Part shown: positions 58,462 through 64,000 of the stretch, in pieces
Numbering within the stretch: the first letter of the stretch is position 1
Layout: each line of letters starts with the position of its first letter
DNA from: an uncultured virus (IMG/VR IMGVR_UViG_3300035698_015449)
Taxonomy: Duplodnaviria > Heunggongvirae > Uroviricota > Caudoviricetes
DNA length: 64,000 bases
Strand: one strand, 5' to 3'
IMG/VR virus record: IMGVR_UViG_3300035698_015449
Position numbers and translations under genes: made by a program
The notes under the pieces: generated by a model
What the model was told of the DNA's origin: nothing
What the model saw: only the letters and a program-made list of their open reading frames with translations
The model's database searches: none

Positions 58462-58930
58462 TTTCGGCCTCCCATATTTTATGCTGCTGCTTATGGGATA
58501 CTTCTGTAAGATACTGCGAATCTCCTTCTAATTTTATGATTTTATTTTTTAGTTCATTATTACGATTACCTATCATATACCCCACCAATACAGAAAAAAT
58601 ACATGTAATAAAAACAGATATGATTTTTATTTTTATTTCACTCCATATTACATCATCCATGTGAAGTTTTTTGTTATCTAGATTGCATTGTTGAATTTCT
58701 ATATTGTCTCCCTCTATACTCCCATGATTCGCATACGTTTGAGCATTCTCACTTACACTTTCAGCGCCATATGACACAGCAGTAGATAAATCTTTTTCTC
58801 GATCAATAAATGGTTCGGTAGGGTAATCAATAAATTTTACGAAAAGGAATTTTAATGGGTTGTTGAACCTTGTCCCAAATTTATCTTTAGGATAACTAAT
58901 ATATTTCATCAAGAACGGCTTAATCTTCAT
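58160..58930 (-). CDS. Possible single-TM passenger protein inside the dnaE break; 3' end overlaps the LAGLIDADG gene
   Basis: ATG overlaps the end of dnaE piece 2; hydrophobic IISVFITCIFSVLVGYMIG. Confidence 0.4.
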   Translation of the reverse strand: MKIKPFLMKYISYPKDKFGTRFNNPLKFLFVKFIDYPTEPFIDREKDLSTAVSYGAESVSENAQTYANHGSIEGDNIEIQQCNLDNKKLHMDDVIWSEIKIKIISVFITCIFSVLVGYMIGNRNNELKNKIIKLEGDSQYLTEVSHKQQHKIWEAENETTDTETITKEDPQIVLPKKGNEGDRTPNGFNGASNTESDSGKQLASGKRAVLSNAVPYLVYKGAFFMQSLRTNGRELLWPLPHKEEIQSKASETSSME

Positions 58931-60611
58931 ACAAAATCTCCAATTCTTCATGCACAATGTCCTGCAAAGTATGTGCTTCCCCGTCAGAACAAATAAACTT
59001 ATGATCCATTGTGCATTTTATCACAACACCATTATCAAGTTGAACTTCAAATAGCTCTCTCTCGCCAACTTCAAAAACATCTACCACGACATCTTCTACG
59101 ATTTCCCCATCTTTAAATGACTTAAGAATTATCTCAGGTGTTTCAACTTCCTCACCCGCTCCAAATTCCTTCCATCCTTGATAATTAAAGAACCATTTCT
59201 CTAAGTCTTCTAATCTATAGACTTTCCCATCCTTTTCGTTTAGGACTTCGGTATCTCCAGAGAGACATTTGTTGAATCCATACCCACCGAAGTATTCGAT
59301 CTGTTCAAATATCGCTTTTGCAGTTCTTTCGTCAATATCACATTCGGCCTTACAACCCTCAATGAACAGAGTGTCAAGCTTTTCTTTCTTGATCAACTCA
59401 GGTTTCTTCTTACCCACAACCTTTCTCAACCAGTCTGCCTGACCTAGAGTAAATCCTGCGAGCTTCTGTACAACCTTCATGATGTTCTCTTGGAAAACCA
59501 TGATCCCGTAAGTCTCATCCAAAACCTCTCCCATCTTAGGATGCAAATATTCGATTTTCTTACGGCCATGCTTGTAGTCACTGTAAAGGTCGTGAACTCC
59601 TGCACCTAATGGGCCGGGACGATACAAAGCATTACATACAACCAAATCATTGAACGTATCAACATGGATGTTCTTTAACAATTTAGAGATGCCATGAGCT
59701 TCAAACTGGAATATACCCCTATTGTCCATATTTTTGTATTTACCATTAAATAAATCAAATACCTTAGGATCATCAGGCTCAAGTACATCAACGTCTATAT
59801 ACGTCCCGTAACGGCTCTTAATCATCTGAACAGTATCCTCTATTACCGTCAGAGTCTTCAAAGCCAACATATCGAACTTGAGCAAACCAAGATCATCAAC
59901 CTCTTCCATGACAAACTGAGAGCAGATAGCGCCCTTAGACTCCCTCAAAGGAATGTGGTTTACAACAGGCTCTTTACAAATAATGATGCCAGCAGGATGC
60001 ACTCCCGCAGATGATACAGTGTTCTCAACATGTCTTGTCGTATCGAGTAACTTAGGGTTCTTTAACATCTCTCTTCTGAATGACTCATCCTCTTTAAGTG
60101 CTTGTTCAATGGTCATGCCGGGACTATTGGGGATTTGTTTGGCAATGAAGTCCGCCATATCCAAACTCCTTTTTGTCATCTCAACTTTTTTATCAGGGTT
60201 ACGCTTCTTAGCTGCCTGATAAGTCTCCCAATCATTACCAATATCCAACGCTTTAGCCGCATATCTAACCGCAGCCCTTGCTTTGAATTTGTTGTACGTC
60301 CCAATTTTGCAACAATACCCCTCTCCATACTTACGAATGATGTAATCAAAGATCTCATCTCTACGATAGTAATCAAAGTCAATATCTACATCAGGGGGAC
60401 TTACACGCTCAGGGTTGATGAATCTTTCAAAAAGTAAACCGTACTTAATTGGGTCAAGTTTCGTAATACCTAGAACATACAAACACAAACTGCCTGCTCC
60501 AGAATTATGAACTGACAACCCATCTATATTGTATGCGCTCAAATCCTTAACGGTAAGATCATGAACTTTTCCTTCATACTTAGTCTTTTTGATGCTTTTT
60601 ATTTTAGCCAT
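58920..60611 (-). CDS. dnaE: DNA polymerase III alpha, piece 2 of 3: 36-aa IntC, 412-aa catalytic extein, 115-aa IntN
   Basis: MAKIKSIKK...VHN|SGAGSL...FERFINPERVSPPDVDIDF...GLLKFDMLAL...GYGFNK|CLSGDT...CTMDHKF. Confidence 0.95.
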   Translation of the reverse strand: MAKIKSIKKTKYEGKVHDLTVKDLSAYNIDGLSVHNSGAGSLCLYVLGITKLDPIKYGLLFERFINPERVSPPDVDIDFDYYRRDEIFDYIIRKYGEGYCCKIGTYNKFKARAAVRYAAKALDIGNDWETYQAAKKRNPDKKVEMTKRSLDMADFIAKQIPNSPGMTIEQALKEDESFRREMLKNPKLLDTTRHVENTVSSAGVHPAGIIICKEPVVNHIPLRESKGAICSQFVMEEVDDLGLLKFDMLALKTLTVIEDTVQMIKSRYGTYIDVDVLEPDDPKVFDLFNGKYKNMDNRGIFQFEAHGISKLLKNIHVDTFNDLVVCNALYRPGPLGAGVHDLYSDYKHGRKKIEYLHPKMGEVLDETYGIMVFQENIMKVVQKLAGFTLGQADWLRKVVGKKKPELIKKEKLDTLFIEGCKAECDIDERTAKAIFEQIEYFGGYGFNKCLSGDTEVLNEKDGKVYRLEDLEKWFFNYQGWKEFGAGEEVETPEIILKSFKDGEIVEDVVVDVFEVGERELFEVQLDNGVVIKCTMDHKFICSDGEAHTLQDIVHEELEILYED

Positions 60612-61543
60612 GCCTTAATCCTCTTCTTTATTGCGTCAGTTTTTTCATTATTGTAAAATGTTATTTCAGAATAATATCTTTTATAAAATGGTTTAAGATA
60701 AGTTTCTCTTTTTACAAATATACCTAAATCAAACAAATCCTGAAATCCATATACAACATACATTATACCAAACTCCTTTCTTGCTGCTTTAAATTTTTCA
60801 TGGAAGTTGTTATACTCCTTCGACCCTTTAATTTCAACGATTCTTTTTTTATCATTGCTATAGGTAACTATGAAATCAGGATAATACTGCCGTTTTTTAC
60901 CTTTATCGTCTTTATAAGCAATACTCCCCTTATATCTTTCAATCTTTTTTATACTCTTAGAGTCCCAACAAAAACATAGAAAATACAATTCCCAACTACT
61001 ATCAAATCTGATACCTCGTATTGTACCGCTTATAAAAGATTTTGAACATCTTTTTTCTGCATACATCGGATCGGATTTCATTAATTTCAGTTGGGCATCT
61101 CTTTGCTTTTTTAAAACCTCCGGTCTATTTTGCGCTATCAATTGAGCTTTTGAATTACTATCCTTCCATTTGTCAGTATTTGTAGCAAACTTTAGGGAAC
61201 ATTTTTTACAGATAGGTTTGGTTCCACAAATCTTCCTTTTTTGCATAGCTAAAATCTGCATAACACTATCTTTGCCACATTCTTGACATTTAAATTTTAC
61301 TTTCTTTTTAGTTTTTAAAGAATTTATACAAGGTTGTACTAATTTATAATCCCAATATTCATCATTTAGCTTATCCTGCAACTCAACCGGATAGTAATCA
61401 ACTCCGTATTTTCCGCCCCTACTATATTTTTTGTAGCATTTCGGACAAATTGGCTCTGAAGTTTTTTCCCTTCTTCTTTTTAAACATCCTCTTTGAATTT
61501 TAAAATCATTACCACAATCCTGACATTTCATTCTAACACTCAT
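60599..61543 (-). CDS. Free-standing Zn-finger plus TnsA-like PD-(D/E)XK endonuclease
   Basis: CxxC pairs; FDSSWE...YYPDFIVTY...IVEIKG. Confidence 0.78.
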   Translation of the reverse strand: MSVRMKCQDCGNDFKIQRGCLKRRREKTSEPICPKCYKKYSRGGKYGVDYYPVELQDKLNDEYWDYKLVQPCINSLKTKKKVKFKCQECGKDSVMQILAMQKRKICGTKPICKKCSLKFATNTDKWKDSNSKAQLIAQNRPEVLKKQRDAQLKLMKSDPMYAEKRCSKSFISGTIRGIRFDSSWELYFLCFCWDSKSIKKIERYKGSIAYKDDKGKKRQYYPDFIVTYSNDKKRIVEIKGSKEYNNFHEKFKAARKEFGIMYVVYGFQDLFDLGIFVKRETYLKPFYKRYYSEITFYNNEKTDAIKKRIKAWLK

Positions 61544-61628
61544 AAAATAACCTCCTTAACTTTATTAGGTTATATTCTTGATGAATGCCAAAACCTCCTC
61601 CTTTAAACTCCAACTCGTACAACCAACC

Positions 61629-63026
61629 TCAAACGACTCCCTCTCTAATATCAAATATTTCATCATCAGTAGTTAGTTTTCCTGCTTCAACCCATATAAG
61701 GTCTCCTTTGCGATCAATATGAATCTTATGATCGCTTGTGCATGAAAACCGCCTTCCGTCTTCTAACTCTATTTCTATTAATTCCTCATCTACATCATAT
61801 TCTAAAACATTTAAAACATCATGATACTTTCCATCATAAGATAAAACTTTATCATTTATACAAACATCTTTAATATTTTTTATTCCGTCCTTACACTCAA
61901 CCTTAGACTCTGGTGTAAAACACCCCCTACCAACACCAACTCGAATTCCTTGCTGATTAGCGTAGTTAATAATATCCCAAAGCGTAAGGAAGTATTTGAC
62001 AAACCCACAACCAATAATCAAGCTCATCTCCATCTTGATACGTTCTCTGTATTCAGGTTTATCTAGAAACCCCTTCAATTGCATCCCGTCTTTCACTAAA
62101 GCCTTAAGATACATGTCACCGCTAGTAAACCCTTGTGGAACCTTGAAAGTAGGCAACAGGTCTTCAGATGGTGTTAATATCGCTCCCTTCTCTACCTTTT
62201 CTGCAATCTCAACCGTATTGCTCATCATTTCGGGAGCGCTCTTGTACAACTCTTGCATCTCTTCATACGGCTTAAGGTAGAATTCATTTCCGTTGAAAGT
62301 GAAACGTTTAGGATTTTTTATATGGTTATGGGTTTGCATGGCAAGCATGACATCATGATACGGCGCATCAGTTCGGTTGGCATAATGAGCGTCATTGGTA
62401 CAAACGGTTTTGATGTCGAGCTTCTTAGCCAACATATACATTTGCTTGGCTAGTTTTCGTTCACGGTCTTCTTGATCCTTGGATGCCTCAAAATATTTGT
62501 GCATCATGATCTCAATGTAAAAATCGTCCCCGAATAACTCTTTATGCTCATTTGCAAAAGTAATAGCCCCGCTCTCATCGCCCTGCCATAGCTTTGCAGG
62601 GAACTCTCCTATGCAACAAGCGCTTAGACAGATCAAGCCCTCATGATACTTCTTAAGTAATTCAAAATCAATTCTAGGCTTTCTATACTTACCTTCAATC
62701 TCGGCAATGGTTGAAAGCTGCATTAGGTTCTTAACCCCGGTTCGGTTCTTAGCTAAAAGCACCAAATGGTATCTTGGATCTTTGGGATCTCTAGATTTGT
62801 GGTCAGGACAAGTGTAAACTTCATTGCCCAATATTGGCTTAACGTCTTTAGCTAAACAAGTCTTCTGAAAGTTATACCATCCCCCGCAAGTTCCGTGATC
62901 TGTTATTGCTAAGGAATGAGAACCATTAGCTATACAGGCATCTACCATTTCCGTTGGTGATGAAAGCCCGTCTAATGCGCTGTAGTAACTATGATTGTGT
63001 AAATTAACGAATCTGTCTTCTGTCAT
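61629..63026 (-). CDS. dnaE: DNA polymerase III alpha, piece 1 of 3: 368-aa PHP-domain extein plus 97-aa IntN
   Basis: LHNHSYYSALDG, AITDHG, HLVLLAKN, TNDAHY, VGVGRG|CFTPES...CTSDHKI. Confidence 0.95.
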   Translation of the reverse strand: MTEDRFVNLHNHSYYSALDGLSSPTEMVDACIANGSHSLAITDHGTCGGWYNFQKTCLAKDVKPILGNEVYTCPDHKSRDPKDPRYHLVLLAKNRTGVKNLMQLSTIAEIEGKYRKPRIDFELLKKYHEGLICLSACCIGEFPAKLWQGDESGAITFANEHKELFGDDFYIEIMMHKYFEASKDQEDRERKLAKQMYMLAKKLDIKTVCTNDAHYANRTDAPYHDVMLAMQTHNHIKNPKRFTFNGNEFYLKPYEEMQELYKSAPEMMSNTVEIAEKVEKGAILTPSEDLLPTFKVPQGFTSGDMYLKALVKDGMQLKGFLDKPEYRERIKMEMSLIIGCGFVKYFLTLWDIINYANQQGIRVGVGRGCFTPESKVECKDGIKNIKDVCINDKVLSYDGKYHDVLNVLEYDVDEELIEIELEDGRRFSCTSDHKIHIDRKGDLIWVEAGKLTTDDEIFDIREGVV

Positions 63027-63505
63027 GCGTCTCCCTGATCGAATATTTTGGTTTCATAAGACTTCACCCTTGCATATATTACCTGATGTATGAAATGCAA
63101 TAGCTTATCTACGAATTCAACCCAATTGTAACTATCGAAGTCAATATCCCTTATGACCTCATTCTCTTCAAAATTCAAACCCGACATATGTGAGTAGTGA
63201 GCAGTTTTGACAGTAATGTTTGAACCATCAGTATATACGTAAACGGACTTGTCATATCCCTTTTTAGTCAACTTGAAAGAAAAACAGGAGACATCTCCGT
63301 TCATCTCAGGCCCTTCTATTACATGGTCAATAACACCTGATTCTACGAAACATTTGACGATAGTTGCGATCCTCGTAGCCATACGCTTTACGACTAACTG
63401 ATGATCTGATGTGATTTTGTACGGGATTTGTCCAACAGCTTCTACAAAGTTTTTATGCGTCGAATCTACCCTCTCTTTGATAAATGGAATGTTAAGCATG
63501 CTCAT
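63023..63505 (-). CDS. Hypothetical protein
   Basis: ATGA-coupled on both sides. Confidence 0.6.
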   Translation of the reverse strand: MSMLNIPFIKERVDSTHKNFVEAVGQIPYKITSDHQLVVKRMATRIATIVKCFVESGVIDHVIEGPEMNGDVSCFSFKLTKKGYDKSVYVYTDGSNITVKTAHYSHMSGLNFEENEVIRDIDFDSYNWVEFVDKLLHFIHQVIYARVKSYETKIFDQGDA

Positions 63506-64000
63506 ATTTTCCCTCCGTATTTTTGGATCAACAATTTTGTCATTTCAAGGACTTGCTCTTCGGATAGAGATGTTGTGTCAATCACTTCAACAGGAATGTC
63601 AAATGTTTTGAGATAACGTGGCAATTCCTCACGATAAAGTCGAATTAACTCAACCATCGTTTCTCGCTCCTGAGTCCATCTGCATTTTCCATGTTCAGGA
63701 TTTTTTTCACGCTCTGCAATGACCCTATTAATAAGCTCATTGTCGTCTCCATCAAGAAGGATCACTAAATCAATCTGCTCATCAGGATCGATAGTATGTT
63801 CCAAAAAATCGACAGATAACCCCTGCAATAAGCATTGGTATATGTAAGTTGATGTCCACCATCTGTCGGCTATGACTGCTGACGATTTGCCTTTAACGCA
63901 ATATAGATACTCATCTAATCTCGCTGCGCTAAACAACATGAATTGGACTCGTTTGTCTATGCCTGTCCATGGTTCAGTTCCCCTGCAAGCTGATCGTAAC
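63502..64000 (-). CDS. tmk: Thymidylate kinase-like protein; N-terminus outside the window
   Basis: LFSAAR, IADRWWTSTYIYQ, DLVILLD; frame open to the window edge. Confidence 0.7.
   Translation of the reverse strand, partial: LRSACRGTEPWTGIDKRVQFMLFSAARLDEYLYCVKGKSSAVIADRWWTSTYIYQCLLQGLSVDFLEHTIDPDEQIDLVILLDGDDNELINRVIAEREKNPEHGKCRWTQERETMVELIRLYREELPRYLKTFDIPVEVIDTTSLSEEQVLEMTKLLIQKYGGKI

Noticed and set aside
57984..58664. 226-aa plus-strand ORF
   Set aside because: Antisense to the LAGLIDADG gene, no recognisable motifs; probably a shadow ORF
57346..61628. dnaE interruptions as group I or II introns
   Set aside because: Each break is bordered by in-frame intein N and C motifs, and the downstream pieces have their own start codons; little non-coding space at the first break
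1..64000. Alternative genetic code (stop-codon reassignment)
   Set aside because: Conserved genes are full length under the standard code and end in TAA, TAG and TGA; fragmentation is explained by inteins

Overview
A gene-dense, mostly minus-strand 64 kb segment that reads as part of a jumbo (huge) bacteriophage genome. It carries a bacterial-style replication/repair module (dnaE, dnaN, dnaX, holA-like, dnaG, recA, ssb, sbcCD, recJ, topA, NAD-dependent ligA, tmk), nucleotide/NAD genes (pncB, guaB, deoxyribosyltransferase-like), two sigma factors, a tandem SpoVS, a tail-tube-like gene, many ORFans, at least eight free-standing endonuclease genes and part of an IS200/IS605 element. I saw no rRNA, tRNA or CRISPR array. 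Highlights: (1) DnaE is broken into three genes that appear to be rejoined by two different split inteins, each break filled by a different endonuclease gene. (2) IMPDH is broken by a third split intein next to its catalytic Cys, so three split-intein pairs must avoid cross-splicing. (3) Twelve AGG(A/G/T)-N17/18-GAA(T/G) sigmaH-like promoters match a genome-encoded SigH-like sigma factor, and six endonuclease genes pair this promoter with a hairpin that hides their ribosome-binding site, suggesting a late-only expression switch. All calls come from reading motifs by eye; no searches were run.
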